A DNA stretch of 64,000 nt from Candidatus Multivoradales bacterium. GTDB taxonomy: Bacteria; Acidobacteriota; Thermoanaerobaculia; Multivoradales; Multivoraceae. Location: contig CBDCWI010000002.1 of the NCBI GenBank assembly GCA_965223325.1, positions 576,001-640,000 of the forward strand, read 5' to 3'. Under the pieces are notes generated by a model. It was not told where the DNA came from. It made no database searches and worked only from the letters and a program-made list of their open reading frames with translations. Shown in pieces: positions 42,329-52,072 of the stretch. Each line of letters begins with the position of its first letter. The stretch's first letter is position 1. Position numbers and translations under genes: made by a program.

Positions 42329-43377
42329 TAGCTCGCCCCTCCACTCGCCCTGAGCATGTGCGCCTCGCCCGACGGGTCCGCGCCAGGCGATGTGGCCTCT
42401 TCCTCATCCGCCAAGACCGCTGCAGTGCGCTCGACGAAACCGATGGCCTTCTCCCACGTCGTTTCGATCTCAGAGCTATCGGGCACGACCCGCGCAAACT
42501 TGACCTGGTCGGTTTCGGCCAGGAAATCGAGCAGAGCGTCCCGGTCGTCGGACTGAAACTCGGGCATGTCGCCAATGCCGGCGCGGATTTCTTCCTGGGT
42601 GAGATCAGTGACGTTCCAGCGGAATCGTTCCTCCACATAGCGACGCACGACGTGCGAGAGATCGAAGTAGTAGGCCCGGAGCGCATCGAGGTCCTTGAAG
42701 TCGGTGGTCCGCAGGCGTTCGAGCTCGAGCAGCGCGCGTCGGTGGGCTGGAACCTCCGGTCGCTCTCTGAGACCTCCCATCTGACGGCGCAACAGCCAGT
42801 AGACCAAGAGAGCCCCCAGGAGAAGCAGCCCCAGCGACAGTGACACCAACCAGATGGGGACCGCACGTGACGGCCGTCTGACCGGTTTCAAATCGCGAAT
42901 GTCAGAAAGCTCGGCGTCGTCGGCGGGCAGGACCGACTCGACTTCGAGAAACAGCTCTGGCGTCGAGGTGGTCTCGAACTCGGCCTCGGGCTCTTCGGCA
43001 TGACCCGGGGCATAGGTGACCTCGACCGCTGGCAGGGCGAACGTTCCGAGCAGATCGGCGCGCAGACGGTATCTGATGCGCTCGATCTCTCGGCCTCCTG
43101 GCGCTGGAACCGTTTCTTCGGTGCGATCGATAACCTGGAGGTCGGCGATTCTCTCACCGAGGTCGGGAACCCTGGGCTCGAAGGCTGGGTCGTGCTCGAT
43201 CTCGAGAGTGTAAGTCACCACGTCACCGGTCGTTGCCACCGCCCGATCGAGTGCGGCGCGCGCCTCGACCGGCGGCCCGACCGACTGAGCCTCGGGTTCC
43301 TGGCGCGAACTGCAGGCACCGAACACGGCCGTGCAGGTGAGAAGCAAGACGATTCCCGCTGGGCGGCAACCGGTCAT
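42328..43377 (-). CDS. Bat-associated membrane (lipo)protein
   Basis: Lipobox FGAC, DIRDLK before the TM segment, C-terminal YY..LS..VRRY.E...D.VKFA typical of the gene between DUF58 and batA. Confidence 0.75.
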   Translation of the reverse strand: MTGCRPAGIVLLLTCTAVFGACSSRQEPEAQSVGPPVEARAALDRAVATTGDVVTYTLEIEHDPAFEPRVPDLGERIADLQVIDRTEETVPAPGGREIERIRYRLRADLLGTFALPAVEVTYAPGHAEEPEAEFETTSTPELFLEVESVLPADDAELSDIRDLKPVRRPSRAVPIWLVSLSLGLLLLGALLVYWLLRRQMGGLRERPEVPAHRRALLELERLRTTDFKDLDALRAYYFDLSHVVRRYVEERFRWNVTDLTQEEIRAGIGDMPEFQSDDRDALLDFLAETDQVKFARVVPDSSEIETTWEKAIGFVERTAAVLADEEEATSPGADPSGEAHMLRASGGAS

Positions 43378-44303
43378 CGGTACATCCTGCGTTCACGCAT
43401 TCGAAAGAAGGCCAGCAGATCATCGATCCACGGCCGCACACTAGAAACCTCGAGCTCGCCGGTTCCAGCGCGCTGAAACGCGCGGCGGCGTTCCTCCTGG
43501 TCACGCCTGGCGCGGTTCGCAAAAACTCTCATCGCACCGGCATCGCGGGTGTCGATGAGTTGGCGACGACCAGTTTCAGCATCTTCGAGCTCCAGGAGAC
43601 CAACCGCCGGCAGCTCGTACTCGCGGGGATCGGTGATCGCGATCGCGGTCAGATCGTGGCGGCGTGCGGTGGCCCGCAGACGTTCGCCCAGTGACTGGTC
43701 GAGAAAGTCGGAGATAAGAAACACAACCGCGCGGCGCGAGACCACCTTGTTGAGGTATTCGAGGGCTATCTCGAGGTCGGTTCCCCGGCGCTCCAGCGTG
43801 CGGTGCCCGAGAATCTCGCGGATGACGCGCCAGACGTGGGCCCGCCCTTTCTTGGGTGGAATGAAGTGTTCGATGTCGTCGGCGAAGAGCACCATGCCCA
43901 CACGATCGTTGTTCTTGATCGCCGCGTAGGCAAGAACGGCAGCGACCTCAGCCGCGACCTCCTGCTTGAAGCGCTCCTGGCTGCCGAAGGCACCCGACGA
44001 GCTCACATCGACCACCAGCATCACCGTGAGCTCACGCTCCTCGCGATGTTCCTTGACGTGCGGTTGACCGGTGCGCGCGGTGACGTTCCAGTCGATATGT
44101 CGAATGTCGTCGCCGGGCTGGTACTCGCGCACCTGCTCGAACTCCATGCCGCGCCCCTTGAAGGCCGACTCGTACTCGCCGGCCAACACGTCAGTCACGA
44201 GACGCTGGCTCTTGAGTTGAATCTGCCGGATCTTCGTGAACAGTTCGGGCGAAAGCGTCTCGGCGCCGTCTACCCCTCGCCTGTTCTCACTCTCGAACAC
44301 CAA
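43374..44303 (-). CDS. DUF58 family protein
   Basis: FKGRGMEF, REYQPGDDIRHIDWNVTAR, DVSSS, ISDF. Confidence 0.92.
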   Translation of the reverse strand: MVFESENRRGVDGAETLSPELFTKIRQIQLKSQRLVTDVLAGEYESAFKGRGMEFEQVREYQPGDDIRHIDWNVTARTGQPHVKEHREERELTVMLVVDVSSSGAFGSQERFKQEVAAEVAAVLAYAAIKNNDRVGMVLFADDIEHFIPPKKGRAHVWRVIREILGHRTLERRGTDLEIALEYLNKVVSRRAVVFLISDFLDQSLGERLRATARRHDLTAIAITDPREYELPAVGLLELEDAETGRRQLIDTRDAGAMRVFANRARRDQEERRRAFQRAGTGELEVSSVRPWIDDLLAFFRMRERRMYR

Positions 44304-44331
44304 AGCCCCCTAGCCCCTTCTCTTCCTGTCC

Positions 44332-45363
44332 TCAGGGAACGTCGACGGTGTTGAGGATTTCGCGGATCACTTCGTCGGGCCCGATGTCCTGGGCTTCGGC
44401 TTCGTACGACACGAGAACGCGGTGACGCAGAACGTCGGGTGCGGTCGTCTTGACGTCTTGCGGGGTCACGAAGGCGCGCTTGCCGAGAAACGCATTGACC
44501 CGCGCTGCACGCGCCAGCCAGATCGTGGCGCGCGGCGACGCGCCGTAGTCGACGAGTGAAACCAGGCGCTCGAGACCGCACTCTGCAGGCTCTCGGGTAG
44601 CGGCGACGAGATCGACGATGTAGTCCTCGACGCGGTCGTCGAGGTAGACGAGATCGGCAGCATCGCGCATCGCCTTGATGTCATCGCGACTGAGAACCGC
44701 GGACACCGAAGGATGTTCGCGACGGCCCATGCGACGCATGATCTCTTTCTCCTCATCGCGGTTCGGGTATCCGACCCGAAGCTTGAGCATGAACCGATCG
44801 ACCTGCGCTTCCGGTAGCGGATAGGTACCTTCCTGCTCGATCGGATTCTGGGTTGCGAGAACCAGAAAAGGGTCCGGCAATGCCAGCGTTTCATCGCCAA
44901 TCGTCACCTGGCGTTCCTGCATTGCCTCGAGCAGTGCACTCTGGACCTTGGCGGGAGCGCGGTTGATCTCATCGGCGAGCAGCAGGTTGGCAAACACTGG
45001 CCCGCGCTTGACCTCGAACTCATGGTCCTTGGGGCGGTAGATCTGGGTTCCCAGCACATCGGCGGGTAAGAGATCAGGCGTGAACTGAATCCGCGAGAAG
45101 TCTGCCGACACCGCCAGGGCCAGCGTCTTGATCGCGGTAGTCTTGGCGAGGCCCGGAATGCCCTCGACCAGCACGTGCCCGTCGGCGATGAGCGCCATCA
45201 GCAGGCGATCGATCATGTAGCGCTGCCCGACGATCACCTTGCCTACCTCGTCGCGCGCGGACTGAATGCGTTCACCGTGCGCCTCGATCTCCGCCCGCAA
45301 CTCATCGTTCGGCCGCTGGTTGGCCACACTGTCGGTCATTTCGTTCTCTCCCCTCGATGACAC
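44332..45363 (-). CDS. moxR: MoxR-family AAA+ ATPase
   Basis: GIPGLAKT, RIQFTPDLLP, DEINRA, ATQNPIEQEGTYPLPEAQVDRF. Confidence 0.97.
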   Translation of the reverse strand: MSSRGENEMTDSVANQRPNDELRAEIEAHGERIQSARDEVGKVIVGQRYMIDRLLMALIADGHVLVEGIPGLAKTTAIKTLALAVSADFSRIQFTPDLLPADVLGTQIYRPKDHEFEVKRGPVFANLLLADEINRAPAKVQSALLEAMQERQVTIGDETLALPDPFLVLATQNPIEQEGTYPLPEAQVDRFMLKLRVGYPNRDEEKEIMRRMGRREHPSVSAVLSRDDIKAMRDAADLVYLDDRVEDYIVDLVAATREPAECGLERLVSLVDYGASPRATIWLARAARVNAFLGKRAFVTPQDVKTTAPDVLRHRVLVSYEAEAQDIGPDEVIREILNTVDVP

Positions 45364-45450
45364 TGCTTCACGAACACTCTCAATGCTGCTTCAAAACTCC
45401 CCAAGAGAAACCTGCGGTCCGCTTCTGCGGGCGGCGATCCCCGAGGGGAC

Positions 45451-46299
45451 CTACTGCCGTCCCGCCCGCCGAACGCCCCGACCCGAGCGCTCACGATAGG
45501 CCCGTAGCCTGACTTCCAGCTGCCTCTCGACCTGGTCGATCAACCCCGTCACCTCTGGATCGCTGACGGACAATCCCCCATAGAGTACGCGTTCGAGCAC
45601 GGCTTTGAGGGTTCCTTCGTCGGCCGCCCCGATCTCCCCCGCCGTGGCGAGGTCGACCGTGTCGTGCCGCAGGCTCGCCAACTGGTCGAGGGCACTCTTC
45701 TCCCCCGCTCCAATCGCGCGCCGGGCAGCCTGCAGGCGTTCTTCGAACTCCAGCAGGCGAGGGTCCTCATGCGCGTTGGAACCCCTTGATCGCGCAGCCA
45801 CAACGAGGCCCAGAGCGGCGATCGCGACAAGCACCAGGGCGGCGAGCAACAACCGCCCATTGCCCTTCTCAGAGGCCGCGACCGCGACGAACGCCGGCAC
45901 CTCGACCTGGAGAGTGCGCTCTTCTCCAGCGCTCTCGAAGGGCCACTCGACGTACCCTGGAGAAAGCTCGCCGGCAGCGAGCGGCACCAGGTCGAAGACA
46001 TAGCGCACCACTTGTTGCCGACTGACCCGCCTGCTCGACTGCGCAACGTTCTGGCGTAGGAACTCGGGGCCGTGGTGGAGCTCGGGCACCAGTGCCCGCC
46101 ACGCGGCGTCGTCGAAGGTCGCCTCGACCTGGAGCTGCACCACCTCGCCAACGCTTCCTCGAGAGGAGGCGAAGGCCGCACTCAGTTCGGGCTCGCCAGC
46201 GAGGCCTGGAACCGTCGCCGCCGCTTCCTGGGCGACGACCAGCCCCACCGCCGAGAGGGACCACAGGAGTGCGAGGAGAATGAATCGAAGACTTGTCAT
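45451..46299 (-). CDS. Membrane-anchored protein with a BatD-like Ig domain
   Basis: Signal peptide MTSLRFILL, VGEVVQL...Y.F.L.P..AG, TM segment, helical C-terminus; directly upstream of moxR. Confidence 0.6.
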   Translation of the reverse strand: MTSLRFILLALLWSLSAVGLVVAQEAAATVPGLAGEPELSAAFASSRGSVGEVVQLQVEATFDDAAWRALVPELHHGPEFLRQNVAQSSRRVSRQQVVRYVFDLVPLAAGELSPGYVEWPFESAGEERTLQVEVPAFVAVAASEKGNGRLLLAALVLVAIAALGLVVAARSRGSNAHEDPRLLEFEERLQAARRAIGAGEKSALDQLASLRHDTVDLATAGEIGAADEGTLKAVLERVLYGGLSVSDPEVTGLIDQVERQLEVRLRAYRERSGRGVRRAGRQ

Positions 46300-46620
46300 C
46301 GCTTGCCGGGGTCGAAGGGTGTGTCGAGGGTCTGGACCGCGAATCGGGAGTCGCCGCGTGTCATGCGGACGCCTGGTTCGCCCGCCGAGCCGCCAGAATG
46401 ACCTCTGTCGGTCGCCGACGGTACGCTCCAACGCCCGAAGGTCAGGCCTTGTGTCTTGACAATCGGCGGTTGCCGCAACGGACACAGCAATCCCCGGGCC
46501 ACAACGCGCCGAACTCGAGAATCGTTCCGATGCCGAGAGAAGCGCGCGCGCCACGTCAACAGAGAGACAAGGAATCGGCGGAAAGAACTGAGGCCTGCTA
46601 TGATGGTTGATCGGCCTAGA

Positions 46621-46636
46621 TGGTCATATATTTGCA
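46621..46636 (+). promoter_or_regulatory. Candidate sigma-54 promoter
   Basis: TGG-TCATATATTT-GCA: GG-N10-GC with TTGCA; AT-rich intergenic site near an NtrC-type activator gene. Confidence 0.5.
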
Positions 46637-46751
46637 TAGGCACCCTTTTCTTTCTCCTTGCCTCCCCGGCTCTCCGCCGGCCTGCGACCCCCGCCGGGGT
46701 CGAACGATCGACGAACGATCAGGAGCGCACACTTCACCAGGAGCGCCTTCC

Positions 46752-47189
46752 GTGTTGACATCCCATCCATCTTCCCCGTCGCCGGCTGGTGGCCGCAAGG
46801 CCCCGGCGCGAGCCCGCCTTCCCATCGCCCTCCCCAACTGGATCGTGGTCGCCAAGCTTCACGACAAGAAGAACGATCGCACGCGGTCAACGCGCCGGCG
46901 CGGTCGGGCGGCCCGGGCCTGGTCGCTGCTCGAACGCGGCTCGGCGGTCGAAATCGAGGTCACCTCGCGTCAAAACCAGGCCGCCTCGCTCCTGTTCCGG
47001 GACGGCCGCTATGTGGGTTTTCGCCGTAACCGTGGCCGACTCGAGCGCAGCGAGTGTCCCGAGCGCCGCCGATTCGTCGAAGACTGCCGGCGCTGGCTCG
47101 CAGGAGATGGCACCGGAACTTCGGCCCAGTCAGCCGCAGGGCCCGTACGTCGACTGCTCGGCCAACTGCTCGAGAGTAGCTCTCGTTAG
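46752..47189 (+). CDS. Hypothetical basic protein
   Basis: CAGGAG RBS before GTG; fills the intergenic gap; no recognised motif. Confidence 0.45.
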   Translation: MLTSHPSSPSPAGGRKAPARARLPIALPNWIVVAKLHDKKNDRTRSTRRRGRAARAWSLLERGSAVEIEVTSRQNQAASLLFRDGRYVGFRRNRGRLERSECPERRRFVEDCRRWLAGDGTGTSAQSAAGPVRRLLGQLLESSSR

Positions 47190-47515
47190 AACAGCGTGGC
47201 GTCGATCCCGGAAGGTCGCTGAGCGCGCGCTGGCGCAGCTGGTGCCACGAGCTACCGAAAGACACGTATGATGCGTGCGCCCCGAAAGGCGCGAACGATC
47301 AAGCAACGCTCCCATCTCCCCTCGCACGAGGCTGGGAGCGGCGCGCGCGTGCTGCCACTTCGCTCGACGGCAGCTCCCGCTCGGTAAACACTGCTTTGCA
47401 GAGTGGTCCCCAGAGTGTCACTCTCTAGACCCCGTGGGTCCAACCGCCCACACGGTCGCCAGCAACCTCTCGCCCGCGCGTAGCCTCCACACTCTCAACA
47501 AGCTCCGGCCAGCTC

Positions 47516-49000
47516 ATGACGCCTTCTCCCGACAACGGCTCGCTGATTCTGATTGTCGACGACGATCGCACTCTCGGTCATCTGCTCAAGAGCTGGCTCG
47601 AGAAGGAGGGCTACCGGGTACAGACCTACACCGACGGTCAGTCCTGCCTGGCCGCACTGGCCCATACGCTCCCCGACGCCATCTGCCTCGATCTCCATAT
47701 GCCCGGCATGACCGGAATCGAGACGCTGGAGCGCATCAAGAGTCGCCACCCTCTGCTTCCGGTCCTCATTCTCACGTCCGACACGCAGGTCGAGTCGATC
47801 GTTGGCGCCATGCGCGTCGGTGCCTACGACTACCTCCAGAAGCCCGTCGACCGCCACGACCTGACCAACCGCGTCCGCCACGCTCTCGATGGTTTCGAGA
47901 TGTCGCTCAAGATCGCCCACCTCGAGCGCACCGCAGAAGGCAAGTCCTACCCCGGCATGGTCGGTAAGACGCCCGCGATGACCGCGCTCTACCGCCAGAT
48001 GGACCGTCTCACCTCCTCGGATATCACCCTCCTGATTCAAGGCGAGTCCGGCAGCGGCAAGGAGCTCGTCGCGCGCGCCATCCATCAACAGTCGGGGCGC
48101 GCCTCCGGACCTTTCGTGCCCGTCAACTGCGCCGCGATTCCCGAGACCCTGCAGGAGTCAGAGCTCTTCGGTCACGAGAAAGGCTCTTTCACCGGCGCTA
48201 CCGGTCGACGGATCGGGAAGTTCGAACAGGCCGATCGCGGCACTCTCTTCATGGACGAGATCGGCGAGCTGTCACTGCCAGCGCAGGCCAAGCTGCTCCG
48301 TGTCCTGCAGGAGCGCAGCTTCACTCGCGTTGGCGGAACCAGCGAACTGTCATCGGACTTTCGTCTGATCGCCGCCACCCATCGCGACCTGTCAAAGATG
48401 GTCGCCGACGGAGCTTTCCGCGAAGATCTCTACTTCCGGGTCGCGGTCTTCGAACTCGCCGTCCCGCCACTGCGCGACCGCAGCGACGATATCGCCGACC
48501 TGGCGAAGAAGTTCCTCGTCGACTTCGCATCGATGGAAGGGCGCCAACCGCCGGTGCTCGCCGAAGGGGCCCTGTATGTCCTCAGCCGCTACTCCTGGCC
48601 GGGTAACGTGCGCGAGCTCCAGAACGCCGTGCAACGTGCCCTGGTGATCACCGACTCCGAGGTCATCGACGCACAGCACCTTCCACCACGCATTCTCGAC
48701 AGCGTCGGAGAGACGAGAGCCTTCCCGGCCGTCGAGGAGCTCGCGAGTGACGCGGCAGCTGAGGGCATCGAGCAGCAAGCCTGGAGCGCCGGCATCGAAG
48801 TCCAGCACGAGAGCTCCGGCAGTGGCATCGCCTCGGCGCGGCGCGAAACCAAACCGATCCAGACTCTGGAGGACATGGAGCGTGACGCAATCGCCGCGGC
48901 GCTCGAACGCGCCGACGGCAACCTGTCGCGCGCTTGCCGAGAGCTGGGGATCGGGCGCACGACGCTCTATCGCAAGATCAAGAAGTACGAGTTGCGCTGA
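47516..49000 (+). CDS. Sigma-54-dependent response regulator (NtrC family)
   Basis: REC (DDD, D, KP), GESGSGKE, ELFGHEKGSFTGA, WPGNVREL, Fis-type HTH. Confidence 0.96.
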   Translation: MTPSPDNGSLILIVDDDRTLGHLLKSWLEKEGYRVQTYTDGQSCLAALAHTLPDAICLDLHMPGMTGIETLERIKSRHPLLPVLILTSDTQVESIVGAMRVGAYDYLQKPVDRHDLTNRVRHALDGFEMSLKIAHLERTAEGKSYPGMVGKTPAMTALYRQMDRLTSSDITLLIQGESGSGKELVARAIHQQSGRASGPFVPVNCAAIPETLQESELFGHEKGSFTGATGRRIGKFEQADRGTLFMDEIGELSLPAQAKLLRVLQERSFTRVGGTSELSSDFRLIAATHRDLSKMVADGAFREDLYFRVAVFELAVPPLRDRSDDIADLAKKFLVDFASMEGRQPPVLAEGALYVLSRYSWPGNVRELQNAVQRALVITDSEVIDAQHLPPRILDSVGETRAFPAVEELASDAAAEGIEQQAWSAGIEVQHESSGSGIASARRETKPIQTLEDMERDAIAAALERADGNLSRACRELGIGRTTLYRKIKKYELR

Positions 49001-49065
49001 CCGAGAGCTTCTCCGACTGCCACGTTGATACTCTCGAGCCATGTTCTCCTCACCGTTGAGGAGTC

Positions 49066-50739
49066 ATGACTGGGAGGGGGGTGTTCGTGCGCCTGAGAAT
49101 CGATCCCGCAGATGGCGACCCGTACGAAGCGGCACTCGACCGCGATTCGATGGTCATCGGGAGGTCCTCGACCTCGGACCTCAGCCTGCCTGACCCTTTT
49201 CTCTCGCGCTATCACGCGCGCCTCTACCGCGAGAACAACGACCTTCTGCTCGAGGACCTGGGGTCGCGCAACGGGACCTTTCTCAACGGGGTGGCGATCG
49301 ACGGGCCGACGCGCGTTGAAGCAGGCGATGAGATCCGGGTCTCATCCAGCATCATCGCGCTTTGTGACGGCGCCAAAGCGGAGCCCTCGCGGGCCGAGAT
49401 CGCCAGTGACCTGAACGCCACCATCTTTCGGCCGGCGCGTGAACTGCTGGAGGAGGAGAGTCAGACTCATCCGGGCTTGGTCGAAGACGGTGACGCTCTG
49501 CGCCGCTACGCCGAGCGGCTCAAGCTCTTCAACGAGATCCACGAGGCACTCACCGGAGAGCTCGACCTCCAGGAGCTGCTCGAACTGATCCTCGACCGTG
49601 CCTTCGACCACCTCGGCCCGGAGCAGGGCGTGGTCTTCCTCACCCAGCCCGACGGCTCCTACACCCGCGCGGCCCAACGCTCGTCGAGCGGCGACCACCG
49701 CATGCCACTGTCGCGATCGCTCATCCACGAAGTGTCGACCAAGGGCATGGCGGCACTGGTCCTCGACACTGCAACCGACACACGCTTCGCCGGCTCAGAG
49801 AGCATCATCATGTCCGGTGTGCGCTCACTGATCGCCGCGCCGATGAGCGATGCCGACGACCCCCTCGGCATGATCGTGCTCAGTTCGCGTGCCGGCGCCG
49901 AGCAGTTCTCCGAAACCGATCTCGAGTTCCTTGTCTCGATGGCGGCGGTCGCGGCCCTCAAGATCAAGAACGCCGCGCTGGCCGAAGAAGCGGCCGAACG
50001 CAAGAAGCTCGAAGCACAACTCGCGCTCGCACGCCGCATCCAGGTCAGTCTGCTTCCCAAGGAGCTCCCCAAGGTTCCCGAGCTCGAGATCTTCGCCGAG
50101 AACCTGCCCTCGCTGGGAGTCTCCGGCGACTACTTCCAGGTCGTCGAGCGAGATCACGGGGCGGAATACATTCTCCTGGTCGCCGACGTCTCGGGCAAGG
50201 GAGTACCGGCATCGCTCCTGACGGCTTCCCTCGAGGCCTTGTCGGCTGCACCGATCGAGGACGGCCTACCGACCGACGAGGTGTGCGCCCGGCTTTCCCG
50301 TCAGCTCTACCGGCGCACCCCGCCCGAGAAGTACGCCACCCTCTTCATCGCCGCCTATGAAGTCGAGTCTGGGCGAGTGAGCTATACCAACGCCGGCCAC
50401 AACCCGGCGATCGTCGTGCGTGCAAACGGCGACTTCGAGCTGCTCGAAACCTCGGGCATGCCGGTGGGGCTCATGGAAGGCGGCGCCTACGAGCGCTTGC
50501 AGTTCACCCTCGACCATGGCGACACCATGGTGATCTACACCGACGGAATCACCGAAGCTGAGAGCCCGGCTGAAGAAGAGTACGGAACCGACCGCCTGCG
50601 CGACATCGTCGTGCAGCACCGCAACGACTCGCTCGAGGACCTCGCCAAGGCGATCGCTACCGACCTCGACGCCTTCGCCTCCGGAGTCCCGTACCACGAC
50701 GACCGCACGCTGATGATCGCCCGCCGCGAGCGCCTATAG
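49066..50739 (+). CDS. FHA-GAF-SpoIIE/PP2C phosphatase
   Basis: FHA (GR, S..H, GSRNGT), GAF, SGDYF, DVSGKG, NAGH, YTDG, DDRT. Confidence 0.93.
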   Translation: MTGRGVFVRLRIDPADGDPYEAALDRDSMVIGRSSTSDLSLPDPFLSRYHARLYRENNDLLLEDLGSRNGTFLNGVAIDGPTRVEAGDEIRVSSSIIALCDGAKAEPSRAEIASDLNATIFRPARELLEEESQTHPGLVEDGDALRRYAERLKLFNEIHEALTGELDLQELLELILDRAFDHLGPEQGVVFLTQPDGSYTRAAQRSSSGDHRMPLSRSLIHEVSTKGMAALVLDTATDTRFAGSESIIMSGVRSLIAAPMSDADDPLGMIVLSSRAGAEQFSETDLEFLVSMAAVAALKIKNAALAEEAAERKKLEAQLALARRIQVSLLPKELPKVPELEIFAENLPSLGVSGDYFQVVERDHGAEYILLVADVSGKGVPASLLTASLEALSAAPIEDGLPTDEVCARLSRQLYRRTPPEKYATLFIAAYEVESGRVSYTNAGHNPAIVVRANGDFELLETSGMPVGLMEGGAYERLQFTLDHGDTMVIYTDGITEAESPAEEEYGTDRLRDIVVQHRNDSLEDLAKAIATDLDAFASGVPYHDDRTLMIARRERL

Positions 50740-50756
50740 CCACGTACCCGAACCCT

Positions 50757-51704
50757 CTAGCGCGACACGACCTCTCGAATGAGCTCCAGCGATCGTCTGA
50801 TCGCGTCTCGTCCAACGCCGCGCACGCCCGGCCTGACGATGCAATGAGTCATGCCGAGCCGCTCTTCGAGCCCGGCGAGTCGAGCCGCCACCTGGTCAGG
50901 GCTGCCAACGATCGCCCACTCATCGACCGGCGACCGGCGCGGCCCCGGCCGTGCCTTCATCTCTGCCTCGAGCGCCAAGCGCGCCTGCTCGAGAAGCCTC
51001 TGTTCATGACTGGCGAAAACCGTTCGCATGATGGGAACCGCCAGACCCGGAATCATCGGCGGTGAGTCATGGGCTGGATCGCCTTCGGACAGCTCCAGAA
51101 ACGCTCTGCGATGGAGTGTGTGGTTGGTCGCAAGCTGCTCCTCGCTTTCGATTGGCGAAGCGAGATAGGGCAGCGCGAGGCGACCGACTTGTGCAAGCGC
51201 CAACGGACCGAAGGCCGCCACCCAGAGTGGTGGGTGAGGATTCTGCAGCGGCCGCGGCGACAGCTCGAGCGGCGTGTCGCCCGCCAGTGGTTCGCCCCGC
51301 CAGGCGCGCCGGATGACCTCGAGGTTGCGCTCGAAGATCAGACGCTTCGCTTTCGGGTCGATGCCCAGGACCTCGAACGTCGCGCGACGGAATCCGCGCC
51401 CGAGTCCGAGAATCAGTCGCCCGCCCGAGAGACGATCGAGGACGGCAATCTCCTCGGCCAGCAAGAGGGGCTGCCTGAGCGGCAGGAGGAGCGACGTCGT
51501 ACCGAGGACCAGAGTCTCGGTGCGCGCCGCCACTGCTGCCTGGACCAGGAGTGGAGCCGGCATACCACCCTCGTCGGCGAAGTGTCCCTCGGGCAGCCAG
51601 AAACTCTCGTAGCCGAGATCTTCGATCAAGATCGCCTGCTCGACCACTCCCTCGAGCTCGGACGCCAGGCGCCGGAGAAACGGTGTCGACCCCAGGTGTA
51701 GCAC
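50757..51704 (-). CDS. Luciferase-like (LLM class) flavin monooxygenase
   Basis: W.PEGHF, AVAART, LAEEIAVLD.LSGGRL.LGLGRG, PRPLQ.PHPP, VGSPD. Confidence 0.9.
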   Translation of the reverse strand: MLHLGSTPFLRRLASELEGVVEQAILIEDLGYESFWLPEGHFADEGGMPAPLLVQAAVAARTETLVLGTTSLLLPLRQPLLLAEEIAVLDRLSGGRLILGLGRGFRRATFEVLGIDPKAKRLIFERNLEVIRRAWRGEPLAGDTPLELSPRPLQNPHPPLWVAAFGPLALAQVGRLALPYLASPIESEEQLATNHTLHRRAFLELSEGDPAHDSPPMIPGLAVPIMRTVFASHEQRLLEQARLALEAEMKARPGPRRSPVDEWAIVGSPDQVAARLAGLEERLGMTHCIVRPGVRGVGRDAIRRSLELIREVVSR

Positions 51705-52072
51705 CGGCGCAGTCTAGCTGCAGCCTCTCCACCGCCGAATGTTCCGGAGTGGGGCTGCTGGCACCTGTGCACCTTCGCCTTGACGATCCGCAGAACGAAC
51801 CGCACCTTGTCAGCCAGCAAAAGAAACAGGCAGGGCAACGAGGCCATCCGATGTACAGCGGTGATCCGTTTTCTCTGCTTTAAGAAGAGGCAAAGAAACG
51901 GTGCCGCGACAAAACCGTTGCCGAAATGCTCTATTCCGCGCATTTCGCCGGTGTACGATGGATCAGGGCCGATATCCTTGTCGATAGACCGTGCCTGGCC
52001 CGAGGATGGCCTCTGCCTTGCACCTCATGAGCCTGGCCGTCTCCCGGCCCACCTCGGCCCCAAGGTCCCCCC

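Noticed and set aside
51720-52070. ncRNA or small ORF in the A-rich divergent intergenic region
   Set aside because: No recognisable RNA family structure or convincing coding signal; most likely promoter DNA
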